Shown: positions 11,305 to 24,800 of the stretch, in pieces | Layout of the letters: each line of letters begins with the position of its first letter | How positions within the stretch are numbered: the first letter of the stretch is position 1 | Source of the DNA: Octopus vulgaris | Lineage: Eukaryota | Direction: 5' to 3' | Assembly (NCBI GenBank): GCA_951406725.2 | Contig: OX597814.1 | Coordinates: 140,492,001 to 140,556,000 of the forward strand | Length of the DNA stretch: 64,000 nucleotides | Translations under genes and position numbers: made by a program | Notes under the pieces: generated by a model | What the model was told of the DNA's origin: nothing | Databases searched by the model: none | Seen by the model: only the letters and a program-made list of their open reading frames with translations

Positions 11305-11665
11305 GGATGGATATGGGTCCACAATGTTTCAGCTGATTTACCCTCTAGCCTTTATCAAGTATCCTGGTAGAATTTTGAACCCAACCCTGGGTTTTCATTC
11401 TTAAGTTTGTTTTTTTTCCTCACAATCTTGGGGTTAGTAGCCCGTGCTCTTAACCATTATGCTATATGCCCATGGACAATTATAGAGTGAATTTTAGGAC
11501 TTATTAACCTAATATTTTTGTATCCTTCCTTAATACCAGTTCTTATATTCTACTCATATCTGCACTCAGTTTGCTTAGGGGATTATTGTGTCCTAGCATA
11601 TGTGCTGCCTCATTTAGTTTCTGTATTTTCCAGTGGTGTTCTCTGTCTATTATTTTAACTTGTAC
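11305..11665 (-). mobile_element. Penelope-like element 3' fragment (GIY-YIG C-terminus, tRNA-like segment, degenerate hammerhead)
   Basis: Minus-strand peptide VKIIDREHHWKIQKLNEAAHM resembles the end of the PLE GIY-YIG endonuclease. Downstream cttgataaaggct-agagggtaaat-cagctgaaacattgt resembles a minimal hammerhead, CUGAUGA-stem-GAAA. Confidence 0.7.
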
Positions 11666-11884
11666 CCCATACTGGTTGTCAAACAGTGTGGTGGGGCAAA
11701 CACAAAAACATACATTATCATCCTCATTTAATGTTTGTTTTCTATGTAGCATGGCATGGGCTGGACAGTTTGAAAGGAGCTTGTAAGGCCAGCAAACGGC
11801 ACCAGGCTCCAATGTCTATTTTGGCATGGTTTCTACAGCCCTTCCTTGTGCCTGTATGTGTATATATATATATGTGTGTGTGTA

Positions 11885-12200
11885 GGTATGTGGCTTAGTA
11901 GTTAAGGTAATCAGCTCATGATCGTAAGGGCGTGAGTTCAATTCCCAGCAGTGCATTGTGTCTTTGAGTAAGACACTTTACTTCACATCACTCCAGTCCA
12001 CTTGGCTGGCAAAAATGAATTGGGCCTGTAATTCAAAGGGCCGGTCTTTCACATTCTGTGTCATGCTGAATCTACCTGAGAACATTAAGAGTACGCGTGT
12101 CTGTGGAATGCTCAACCACTTGCATGTTAATTTCACAAGCAGACTGTTCCATTGATTGGATCAACTGAAACCCTCGTCATTATAACTGACAGAGTGCCAG
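11885..12200 (+). mobile_element. tRNA/CORE-like SINE family E
   Basis: A-box tggcttagtagttaagg, B-box gagttcaattccc, and CORE-like gtctttgagtaagacactttac. Inverted copies at about 35790-36095 and 37790-38000. Confidence 0.8.
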
Positions 12201-15200
12201 TATATATACATATAAAGTCGAATCTATGCCATCATGGAAGATGGAAGTTAAATGTTGATGATATATCCTTTTCTACTCTAGGCACAAGGCCCAAAATTTT
12301 GGGGGAGGAGGCCAGGCAATTAGATTGGCTCCAGTATGCAACTGGTACTTAATTTATAGACCCTGAAAGGATGAAAGGCAAAGTCGACCTCGGCAGAATT
12401 TGAACTCAGAACGTAAAGACAGACAAAATACCACTAAGCATTTCGCCCGGCATGCTAATGTTTCTGCCAACTCGCTCCCTTATCACACACACAATGGGTT
12501 TTTGCACAGTTTCTGTCTGCCAAATTCTCTCGCTAATAATTGGTTGGCCTGGGGCTATGGCAGAAGACAGTGGGATTAATCCTGAAACCACATGGTTGCA
12601 AAGCAAGCTTGTTAACCACACAGCTATGCCTGTGCCTATGTTAATGATTACCAACATGCCATATTACTGTATCAGTTCAGGGGGCAGGAAAGATAATATT
12701 AGTAACAATGTTTGTTAAAAAAAAAATTAAGAAGTAATAATAATAATAGTTTATCAATGCTTTTTCATTTATTTTCCATTTTGTGTTAGGGCTGTTAAGA
12801 TAGTTTTATATCTCTAAGTATCTATATCTTTGCTCATTTCTTTCATGGCACTAAATTTATGTTGGTTTTTATTTTTTCATCTGCATTACAAGTCTTCCTA
12901 TTCCAGTTAGGTGTTGGGCATGTGGCACCTTCTCTCATGCTACAAGTATTTAATTTGATTTCTACTAGTGTATATTCAGTTGGATGTAATTCAGCTGGTT
13001 CTGTCCACTGTTGGTATGCATATGTTGTGGGTGCAAGCTTTATTGTTTGGTTAAGTTTGCTTCACTTCCCAATTCCACTTGAATCCTTGTTCATACCACT
13101 GCATGCTGTCTTAGCATCTTCTGCTAGCACTTCATGTGGTTAAAATTGGATAGATGGAAACTACAAGAAACTTATTAGATGGACTGTATCTGTTCTTAAA
13201 TGTAGGCTTAATCTGTATCCAGGTTCAGAACTATCATTTGATCTTTATGTGCCTCTTGGTGGATCACACTGTTAGAAGTATTCAGACTGGGTCTCCAGTC
13301 TGAGAGATAATTTGATATTATGATGCTGCCACTGATACTATGATAATCCATTAATGAAAGTCTCTCTCTCTCCCCTTCCCTTCCTCTCTCTCTCTGAGGC
13401 CTTGCAAGAGGTTGTGGGCTTTGTCCTTCCTACTTTGAGCAAGCTATATCATTTATCATCATCCATGTTCCATATAGGCATGGGCTGAACAGTTTAACAG
13501 GATCCAATGGGTTCAAGGACTGCATCATGCTCCAGAGTCTGCTTTGACATAGTTTCTACAGCCAGATGCCCTTCCTCATGCCAACCATTTCACAGTATCT
13601 ACTGGGTGCTTTTTTTTTTTTTCATGCCACCAGCACTAGTGAAGGCATCTGCAGTTTGCAAGACTATGAACCCTGGGGCAGGCAACTTTATGCTAGGCGA
13701 TGAGGGGCCAAAAGATGGGTAATAGTGTAAGAGAAGGGACCAGAGCAGATTGCTTGCTATAGCGAAGTTTACTCACAGGTGAGAATGATCAGGTGGAGCT
13801 GCAAAGAGATAAATAATGATGATATGTCCCTCCCTCCCTCCCCCACCCCCAAAAGAAAAAAAATGTTATCATCTGACTTCAATGATGTAACAGATATCTC
13901 ATTTTGGTCTTAACTGAATGTATGGTTTCATTTATCTTTCAGTTTTGCCATTCTTGATTATCAAATATAGCTTACCTGGCACTTTGTATTCACTGTTTCT
14001 AAGTGAGAGAGAAAACCAATTAAAGTCTGAGAACAAGTCTTCATAACTGTCCATAGAATGTTCCTATATTTCTACAGTTTTTCCCTTTTTCACTCCCAAC
14101 CAAATTTACATCTTAATACAAAGTCAATTTACTTCAGTTTTTTTATCATCGATATTGTTCTGTCAACAAATGTGTTTTCTCTTTGTTCTTCAGTTGTTGC
14201 AAGAGCAATGGCTTTTCTGTTAGGAATTATTGAGACAATAGCAAATGTACAATGTTTTCCTTATAAAGTCAACATCACTGAGGAAGATTTATATACATTT
14301 CTGTGTAACACCTTGTTAATTGCAATTTTTTTTTAGTCATTTAAATGCTTTTTTTTTTTGTTTTTTAAATGATTGCAGCTGTTTGAGTGATTCTAACAAA
14401 TTCAGATATGCATAAATTGTTGAAGGATTTTGTTGGCTCTGTTAGGAATGTGAAGTTGGAATATTAATTTTTTAAAGCTAGGTTAATTAGGGAATAATGA
14501 AATTCCAACAGTAGAATTTTATCCATTGATCTATGTATAAGTATCCATCGCACCACTTTATATGAAGTAATAATTGCTTTCTGCTACTTTGAAAATATCT
14601 TTTAGAAAATGAAAAAGTGAGTGCAACTTTATATATTTTTTGAGTGGTAAAGAAATATGTACACTATTACAGGTTTGTATTAAATTAAAGATCCTTCTAA
14701 TCAGCTGCACAGAACTGTAAAATAGATATGCTTGGAAGCCTGATGCTAAGAAAATTATCTTTGTACATTGCACACAAAGCTGGTATGATCTTGCACTCCA
14801 AAAAAAAATCAATCAAAGCCATTATTATTATTTACTATACAAACAGTAATAGCATGTACTTGCAATTCTATTTGAATTATCTGTCAAATTAATTTGACTA
14901 ATGATCATAACATCCATTTTGCAATGAGCTGAGCCATTATTGTTGTTCATCTACCAGTCAACTCATCCCAGTCCTGTGGCCTAAGATATTCCAGCTGTAA
15001 CTATCCTGTTTTTTTCTTTTTTAAAGTTCAGACATAATGTACCTAGGACTACATTGTTTGATGTAGCCTTCTTTTAGTGTGATTTGAGGATGATTTGTTT
15101 TCTACTCTTAGCAGTTTAAGCAATCATGTAGAGGGCTTTCTGTGGCTTGAGTTTAAACAATTATTGTATGTGGTAGATTGCTGTTCTTTTCAAACCTGTG

Positions 15201-16088
15201 CTTTCTCATCTGAAGTTCAATGTTCTCTGATCAACTCTCACTTCTTCCTCTATCAAAGATAACCTCTGTATATCAGTAGATATCTTCCATTTGCATTTCA
15301 TCTTCATACCATGTGTGGTTTTAGCTTCCAGAAGCTTCATGCTTCACTTGCATTCTGCCTTTCATGCATGGTGTAAATCCAGTATAGTATTGGTTTCAAA
15401 TTTTGGCACAAGGCCAGCAATTTTGAGTGAGTGGGCATGTCAATTACATCAACTTTGGTACTTATTTTATCAATCATGAAAAGATGAAAGACAAAGTTGA
15501 CTTCAGCAGAATTTGAACTCAGAACATAAAGATGGACAAAATTCTGCTGCCATGCTAACAATTCCGTCACTTTTTGGCCCTTAAATCAATTATAATATTA
15601 ACAGAAGGAAAAAAACCCCCCAAAACTCTCACTTTTCAATACTATAAATCACATTTGTAGCAATTGCTTGTTTTGGTCTGATATCAACTCTATAAATTTC
15701 TCCCACCTATCTCTTATACTATCTGCTATATTCGCACAAAAACCACTTTCATATCTGTTTTCTAGGTTGCCAACATTTACTACTTCTAGGGGTATGCATC
15801 TGAACAAACCATGGACTTTGTTTCATAGTGCCACTACTGCTGCATTCTTCCCTACATCTTGCACATGAAAAGATTTGGCTCTCTGTCAGTCTGCTGATAT
15901 CTAATGCCACTATTTTGTTTTTATAACCATTGCTTGTAATGAATATACACTGTGGAATTCCTACCGAATCCCTTTCTATAGAAATAAATTTTAAAAATCC
16001 ATTTCCCTAATGGTCTTTTGCCATGTTAATCTTGATCTTTATAGATCACTGTTATAGGTTTGCAACTTTTTCTCCAACAAATATATGC

Positions 16089-16503
16089 TTAACCCTTTAG
16101 CATTCAGATTACTCTGTCAAAAGTAATACTTATTTATTCACACTTGGTTTTAAATTAACCATTCATTGTCTTGATGCTTTGAGATTTCTGTGTTGTGATT
16201 GTTTACTTCTAGAAGGGCATTGTAAGGTAAGTTGTAAAAGGCTAGATCTAGCTGGTTTGAACACAAAACAATATTTTTGGCCTGTTATGGCTGGTTTAAC
16301 CCTTTAGCATTTAAACCTGTCAAATCCTGTTTTATATTCAAACCAGCCAGATCCAGCCTCTCACATCTACCCAACAATGTCAATCCAAAAATAACAATCA
16401 CACAATCAAAGTTTTGAAGCTATGAGATAATCCATGATTAATTCAAAACAATGTGAATAAATAGGCACAACAAGATAGAATAATCTGAATGCCAAAGTGT
16501 CAA
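16089..16503. mobile_element. Two piggyBac-like MITEs joined in inverted orientation
   Basis: TTAA-CCCTTTAGCATT at 16089 and at 16296. The second unit is the reverse complement of the first (tattcaca/tgtgaata, cattcagatta/taatctgaatg). Confidence 0.7.
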
Positions 16504-17208
16504 TATTCTCTGCTGGTATTTGATGTTAGAACATCCAGTCAGAGAATCTCAGTGAAATATATGGAATGCCAAGAACAGTTTAGTAGTTTTTATCATACAT
16601 ATTAATATTTCATATCCAATAGCTTATCATCTTTGTAGTCTGGGGATGGGGACACAAACAATCTTTAACTGTCTTGTTTTTCTGAGTTCTTGATACTCTG
16701 CACTTTCCGATTCTTTGGTGATAGCTGCTTTTATGATGATTGAATTTACAATTGAGAGTAATTTGAGAGAAATTTAGCTGTTATATCTAGTTACAGGAGT
16801 GGCTGTTGTTTGTTTCCAGTCTTCCATGGAAAGTATACCAGGTCATAGGCAATATTAACTAGCTTGGAAACAAGCGAGGGTTGGTGACACAAATGGCATC
16901 TGGCTGTAGAAATTCTACTTCAACAAATTCTGTCTGACCCATGCAAGCATAGAAAAGTGGATGTTAAATGATGATGAGAATGAGATATCTATCAGATCGA
17001 GTAACTGCATAAAAGCTTCTTCATTGAGTTCTGAGGTATAAAACATTGGACTGATTACAACAGAAATGCCTTGCTTAATCAGAGCTGACTTGATACTAAA
17101 CAACTGAATTCATCTGTCCCCCTTCTCTCATCTTACTATCTTATCTTTTATTTGCTTCATCTGCTAAATTACAATTATGCTGGGGTACTGCCTTGAAAGG
17201 TTTTAGTT

Positions 17209-17468
17209 CAGTGGTTCCCAAACTTTTTGGGGCTGCTATCCCCTTGATAGCCAGGCCACATTCCTAGCGCTCCAACTAACCATCACAAACATAGACCTCT
17301 TTCTGAAGCAAATTCAAAGCAACTGTATTTCACAAATAAAACTTAACCTAATGAATCCATTATTTTGTTTGTTTTTACATGAATCACTGCCCCATTATTG
17401 CCCCACTTTTCAATGTCCCCTTGGATCTTTCCACTGCCCCCAGGGATGCAGCACTTTGGGAATCACTG
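17209..17468. mobile_element. hAT-like MITE inserted in a family B SINE
   Basis: TIRs cagtggttcccaaa and tttgggaatcactg. Imperfect 8-bp TSD ttttagtt/gtttactt. SINE sequence is present on both sides. Confidence 0.75.
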
Positions 17469-18104
17469 GTTTACTTGAACAAATCAACTCCGCTTACATT
17501 TAAGTTTGGTACTTATGCTGTTGATCTCTTTTGCTGAACTGCTAAGTTACAGGGACATAAACAAACCAACACTAATTGTCAAAACAATAAGAATTTTTAT
17601 CCTTTCAAACTTTTTTGTTCATTTACTGGTTGGTTGTCTCTTCATACTATTGCTGTATACTTTCTTTCAGTGTTCCATAACAAACATTATACACAGTTCT
17701 TTTTCTTCAAGCCCTTCCTCTCTTATGGCCTTGTCACTTTCTAGTGAGTTTTAACAATGTAAACATTAACCCACATTTCAAGTAACTGTCCTATCTTTTC
17801 AACTCGAAAAGCACTCTAATGTTTAGGACATGATATTTAAACTTTGGTTAATGTAACATTTTGAAAATGGTGTTCATTGTTAGTGTTCTTTAAAAATTCT
17901 TTTCAATGTGTTTCAATGTATATGTTAAATTGTAAAATATATTTGAATGTCACTGTTTATCAATTTACCTTTCGATATGAATTAGGATATAAATTGTGAA
18001 AACATCTTGATCTGAGTTTTTGATTCCAGCTGAATGTATTGTATGTAACCAACAAGAATTGTTGAAACTAATGTTAATTTCAAAACATTCAAAATTATCA
18101 TTTG

Positions 18105-18303
18105 CATAACAACAATAATAATAATTATGATGATAATAAAAATAATAATTATGATGATGATAATAAAAATAATAATTATGATGATGATAATAAAAATAAT
18201 AATTATGGTGATAATAATAAAAATAATAATGATGATAATAATAAAAATTATAATTACGATGATGATGATAATAAAAATAATAATTATGATGATAATAATA
18301 ATG
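18105..18303. repeat. (AAT)/(GAT) microsatellite with a higher-order 24-30 bp unit
   Basis: About 7 copies of ataattatgatgatgataataaaaata with triplet indels. Confidence 0.9.
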
Positions 18304-19212
18304 AATACTAAAACAAAGAAAGAAGAGACTTTTCTCTTTTCAATGTAAATTTGAAAGCTGGGGAAAAGTACAATGAGGTTTGTGCTTTCAACAGCTGCAA
18401 CTTTGATAATGCCTATATTGGACTGCCACAGTTGCATTGTTTATTAATCAAAATATGAAATCTGCATAATAATCTTGTAGTGTTTAACGTTCTACTTTTG
18501 TGAAAACTTAAATTCATTTTGTATTATTTTTGTCTATGACAAACAGATACAAATTAGTTTCACCAAAGAATGCCAAGTGTAATTATTCTTGTTTATGTTA
18601 GTGATTGCAAAATTATTTGGTTTTTAATTCACTGGATATTGTCATTGTCATTTGACGTCCATCTTCCATGCTGGCATGGGTTGAACACAGTTTGACAAGA
18701 GCTAGCAAGCCAGAGAGCTGCACCATGCCCATTGTCTGGTTTGGCATGGTTTCTATGGCTGGACCAACCATTTTATGGAGTGATTTTTATGTGGCACCTG
18801 CACTGGTGTATTTTTGTGTGGCACCAACACCAGCAGGATTGCCAAGTAACTTGTGAGACAAAGACCCCTCAGCTGGGAGAAGTGGTTGTGTGCCTGGTGA
18901 GAGGTTAGAGTATTATAGAGGTATAAAGATAGGTGTCTTACTATAGAGGAGATGTGCAGTGTAAATTTGCTTATAGGAGTGCAATAGAAGTAATAGTGGA
19001 AAAGCTAGCAAACAGATAGTGCATAAGTTATAAAATATGTTGTGAACTCTTAAACCATGGTTCTACAACGAAAAAAAAAAATTTAATATTTTCATTCACA
19101 GTTAGTAAAAGCTTGATGGCCAGAGAAGGCTAGCATGTAGATTCATCTGGCCCATAACATTTGTTAAACAAATCAAGATGATAGCTGAAAACATTTGCCA
19201 TGTCCTTTACAG

Positions 19213-19509
19213 CAGTACTTCTCAAACTATCTAATGTGACTGGTTGACAGTTTTTTTGTTTTTTCTCCAATGTACCAAGGACCGGTTATATTTCTTAGTA
19301 ATATTAATTTATACTGGAAACAATATATATAATGAATATAATAAAATTTGAGAATTTTTTTTATCTTATATTTATTTTGTAAACTAGTAATACAATATTA
19401 CATAAGCATTTTATAATGTTTCTTCCTTTTCTGGAAACTCTCTGCATACTAGCAGCTGATGGTTCATGGACCGGCACTGGCCTGCAGACCACCACTTTGA
19501 GTAGCACTG
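19213..19509. mobile_element. hAT (Charlie-like) MITE
   Basis: TIRs cagtacttctcaaa and tttgagtagcactg. Perfect 8-bp TSD ctttacag at 19205-19212 and 19510-19517. Confidence 0.88.
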
Positions 19510-21820
19510 CTTTACAGAATCAAGCCAACCAATTTCCAACAGCTACTCTCTTTAGTTTCTTTCTTGCAACCTATGCAATTTAGTTGGCAATGAGTCTTAT
19601 TGCTATGGGTGCATAGTATTGAAAATAATTGCAGTCCTGCAACATATCTATTACTTGTTTCATTCCTTGGTCTGTGGCCATACTGGGGCATCTCCTTGAA
19701 AGGTTTAGTCTGGTACTTATTCTATCAGTCTATTTTTAACCAAACCTCTAAGTTATGGAGATGTAAACCACTGCTTGTCAAGCAATGGTGGGAGACAAAC
19801 ACATTTACGCATACATACATATATATGATGAGCTTCCACACAGTTTCCATTTACCAAATTCACTCTCATGACATTGGTTGGCCTTGGGCTATAGCAGAAA
19901 ACAACTCTTACCCAAGGTGCCATTTGGCAGGACTGAACTTGAATCCATATAGTTACAAAGCGGGCTTTTTAACCTCAGTCATGCCTGCACCTCTATATGC
20001 AATCTATAGTTGTCTCAGCCCAGTGATGGGGCATGTATGCTTTCACTTGACCTGTTAGAAATAAGTCAAATACCTCAAATTAAACCCTGCTGTCCTAAAA
20101 AAGAAGGAAATACACTCCTTATAGTCTTAGATAAAAATACACTCCTTATAGTCTTAGATAAAAAAAAATACCAAAAATATAGTCCATTTGATGAGAGGTT
20201 TTCTCAGCTAGGGTTAACCTGGACTAAAGTCCAACAATCTGTACTTGTCTATGAATAAGAGTTACACTTCTCAGCATTAAAAGTGTCAAGTGAAGCTCTG
20301 GTCCTATTATTAATTGCATATGTTAATTAGTAATGTGAACATCAACAAAAAAACATACATTATAGATCTTTTTTTAAAAGCTACTCATACACACAGTGTG
20401 ACACACTTATTAAAAACCATCTGGGATATCACTGAAATGAGACAGCAAGTTGATTTTTTAGATAAGAGAAAGTCATGGGAAGGTAAGAAGTTTTAGTCTG
20501 TGTGGGTGGTGTAGATGAAGAAGACCTGAAGTGACAATACATTTAATCTCTACAGTCCTCTACATACACACTGATATGTGTGTATGTGTGTGTGTGCCGG
20601 GTTGCAAACTGGTTTAGAAATTTGCTCTACAACTAGGAAATCTTTGCTTTTGATTCCACTGTATGCATTGGCAAGTGTCATCTTCTTTAGCCTCAAGTCA
20701 ACCCCATTGTTTGTGAGTGAACTTGATTAGACACAAACTGTACAAGTTGACTAGATTGTACCTGTTGTTTAGTTCCAAGAAAACCAATAATCAGATGTTC
20801 CATTCCTCACTATCTTTATTTTACCCTTTTTGTTTTGCTGTGATAATAATATCCAGAACTACATTATCTTTTTTTGTCTTTTTCTTTTACTTGTTTCAGT
20901 CATTAGATGGTGGCCATTCTGGGGCACTAGTCAGATTAATTAATCAGCCCCAGTACTTATTTAAAACCTGGTACTTACTTTATTGGTCTCTTTTGCCAAA
21001 CTTCTAAATTACAGGGATGTAAACATACCAACACTGCTTGACAACCAGTGGGTGGAGGACAGGCTCGAACACATACACAATGGGCTTCTTTCAGTTTCCA
21101 TCTACCAAATCCACTCTCAAAGCTTTGGTCAATCCAAGGCTGTAGTAGAAGACACTTACCCACGGTGTCATGCAGTGGAACTGAACCCTGAACTGTACGG
21201 TTGGGAAGTAAGTTTCTAACCAAATAGCCACACCTTTCACTTCCTTCTTGTTAACTAGCAAGTCAGGTGATCACATGGATGTTTTCTCATTGGTAATTCA
21301 GTTCTAGTCAATGCCATTATCCATAGTTGTGAAACCTCATATATTATTGATTGTTATAAACTTTAGTCGAGGATTCAATTCTTAACATACATTTATCTTT
21401 TATTTGTTTCAGTCATTGGGTTGTGGCCTTGCTGGGGCACCACCTGGAAAGATTTCTGACAAACAAATCAACTCCAGTACTTATTTTTGTCAGTCTCTTT
21501 TGTCAAACTACTTAGTTATAGGGATGTAAGCAAACCAATACAAATTGTCAAGTGGTGGGGCAGGCAGGCAGACAGATATACACACACACACACACACAGT
21601 GGGCTTCTATGCAGTTTCCATCTACGAAATTCACTCTGAAGACATTAGTCTGTCTGGGACTATAGTAGAAGACATTTGCCCCCAATGTCATGCAGTGGGA
21701 CTGAGTCTGAATCCATGTATTGCAAAGCTAGCTTTTTAACCACGTTGCCATGCCTGCATTAAATATCACTAACATGCTTTTTTATGTCTAATCAACACAA
21801 TGCTTTAGTGAGGTTGTAGG

Positions 21821-21861
<41 letters not shown>

Positions 21862-24800
21862 GGTATAATGAATAAACGCTCCAATCGGTGTCACCTGAGC
21901 ACTTTCAGCTGCAGTCCTATTTTTATTTTTGTTCTTCGGTTTAACAAAATTGCTTTTCTGTTTAATGAAGTTATAAAATTATCCTCTTATATATATATAT
22001 ATAATAAAAGGGACCAATGGCATGTCTTGAATTAGGCTGTAAAATTATAGTTGCAATAGGATGCATGACATAATCTCTTTCACTCTCATTATCAATGATT
22101 GATTAATTATTTCTCACACTTTAATTGCTTATATACAAACAGTTATTAAAAACCCTCACTGTTCATGTTCCTCGGTTACTTTGTTAGTTCTGTGTACTCT
22201 CACTCTGCACAGAATGATATTAAAATATTTGCTTTCCATACTCTATCAATATTTATCTTATGAATTATATTTGTTCTAGGAATCAGTTGATTTTTTTTCT
22301 TCTTATATATTTTCTTGATTATTTTGACATTGGTTGTTAATATGTACAGGAATGGATGTATGGTTAACGATTTAGCTCTCTCAACCACATAGTTTCAGAT
22401 TCAGCCCTGTCAACATTATACCTTGGGCAAATGTCTTCTATAAGCCTCAAGTTGGTTAATGTTTTGTAGATGGAAACTGTATGGAAGCTCTCTGTGTATG
22501 TATATTCAACTTCCCATCCATTAGTCTGGACACATTTTTTTCTCTCTCCATTTTTCACCCACTTCTCATCCTTTTCTGTAGAAGAGCACAAGCTTGAAAC
22601 TTCAAAAACTCTTCCATTTTTCCTGTTTATCAAACTAATACCTCTTGTTTGTTGTTCTCTCACCTACCTCTTTTGTTTTCTTGTACAATTTAGAACCATA
22701 TATATATATTTTTATCTTTTACTAGTTTCAATCATTAGACTGCAGCCATGCTGGGCACCACCTTGAATTTTTAGTCAATGAATTGACCCCCAGTACTTAT
22801 TTTTTAAGCCTGGTACTTATTCTATCAGCCCTCTTTTGACAAACCTCTAAATTATGGGGATGCAAACACACCAACACCCAATTGTCAAGAGATAGTGTCT
22901 TCTATTACTGCCCAAGACTCTAGTAGAAGACACTTGCCCAAAGTTCCACACAACGGGACTGAACCTATAACCATGTGGTTGAGAAGCAAGCTTCTTACCA
23001 TACAGTCTTTGTGATTTTATCCACTTGTCTTTAGAATAACAGTCACAATGTTTATGTCCAACATAAACAAAATGTCCAGCAGCTTGGCTTCATTTGAAGT
23101 CATGGAATAAAGTGCCTTATTTGAAAACAAAGGATTGGCACCAGGAAGGGTATCAGGTCATATGATATTACCTTAACAAGTTTTGTCTGACCCATACCAT
23201 TGCAGAAAAAGTAGACTTAAAAATAATGATGATGTTCTGTGATAGCAGCTGGTGTGGGGCAACACAAATGCTACTGCCTATGCTATGCCTACCGTATACC
23301 CTCACAAAACCTGATAGTCAAGTTCAACAGTGTCTTCTTTCCCCACTGATCCATCCAAGCCCATTCCCTTGGCTGTGGTTTCACTAGACAGGAGGTAGGG
23401 ACAGTGGGAATTTTGTTGATCCGTTCATGTGTGTCACTAGTATAGAATTTAAATAAGGGTTATTTTTACTCGTACTAAATTTTTTTTGCTTCGTGATTAA
23501 AGTGACTGATACATATATAATTTGAATTTCATAGCTTTTATTCTGAGACCTAAAAGAATCTAGTATTATTTTCCAAGATAACTATGTGATAAAGACAATA
23601 GCTGTGTAAATCTCTTGGGAGACACACTGTAAAGATATCTGTCAAAGAAATTCTGGAATTGTTCAGTTTAAATTGACCACAAATTTTAGAAAATTTGAAT
23701 CTTCATTTCACTTATGGGTGTGAATATTAAATGAGGCTTCCTCCCTCCCCCCAGTACATCCATAAGAGATATTATCTTAGGATGAATATCGCATTACTTG
23801 CCTGTCAATGAAATGAAGACATTAAGTATAATACATGGATAGCTATAGGAATATTTTATAATTTGAAACTTGAAATATGTTTTTTTTTTTTTTCTTGAAA
23901 TATTGATATGAATCCAATATGTAATATCTTTAAAATCTATTTTGATGTTAAACTTTACTTTTTTTTTATGTGTTACCGTTTAAAACGTCTTTCTTTGAGG
24001 ATTTCAGAAGTTTCGTGTTCACTTTTATTATATTCTAGGTGCTCTTGTGATATATGTTGCTTTTGGAGAGCTTTTCAAACTGAAATGTATTACTATTAAA
24101 GCATTATATTTCCATTTGAGTATTATTCTAGTTTTTTTCCATGTTTATTGAACCATATTTTAATATTTGGGTTTCAGTATCATGCAGTAAAGTTAGTATC
24201 AGCATTGTTCAAGAATTTTACTTGAAAAATGCAGCCTTGTTAGGGTTGTTTTTCATATCAGACATTACACCAAGCCAAAATTCACATTTATATTGAAACT
24301 GAAGTCTTTAAATTAAATTCAATATGGAAACTTAACAGACTTGACTTTGTTATTCACACAGATTTTTACATTGGGTGTATGAGAATGTTTTAGAACCTTC
24401 TGTATCAGTAAAATCAACATGCAAATAAAAATAGAGAGATTGAAATTTATATGGGGTTTTTAGAAAATTTCTATTTTGAAAAACATATTTACATTCATTT
24501 CATTTCAGATTTTCCCTTCACCCTTCTAAAATGTGAGTTGTCATGTAGCTCCTCCACAGTGAGAAAAAAAAAAACTGTTTTACTCTGGCCCCTTCACTCA
24601 TACTTTTATCTATTTTCTGCTCATCATCTCTTAGCATAAAGTTGTCCCTTTGAAGTTTGTAGTTTGCAAACTGCATGATGGCCTCACTAGTGTTGTTGGT
24701 ATGAAAAAAAAAAAAAAACACTCGGTACATACTGTAAAAGTGGTTAGCATTAGGAAGAACATTCAGCTGTAGAAACCATCCAACCCATGCTAGTATGGAA

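Noticed and set aside
11885-11960. Functional tRNA gene
   Set aside because: A and B boxes are present but continue into a SINE body, with no complete acceptor stem or terminator.
14194-14336. Plus-strand exon candidate VVARAMAFLLGIIETIANVQCFPYKV
   Set aside because: The acceptor is plausible, but there is no convincing donor before the stop and no recognisable homology.
18105-18303. CRISPR-like array or membrane protein ORF 17982-18437
   Set aside because: There are no unique spacers, only triplet-slippage units. The poly-Ile ORF is the antisense of the microsatellite.
20110-20165. Short direct duplications here and at about 30348-30397 and 37396-37437
   Set aside because: Ordinary 20-27 bp slippage duplications with no further structure.
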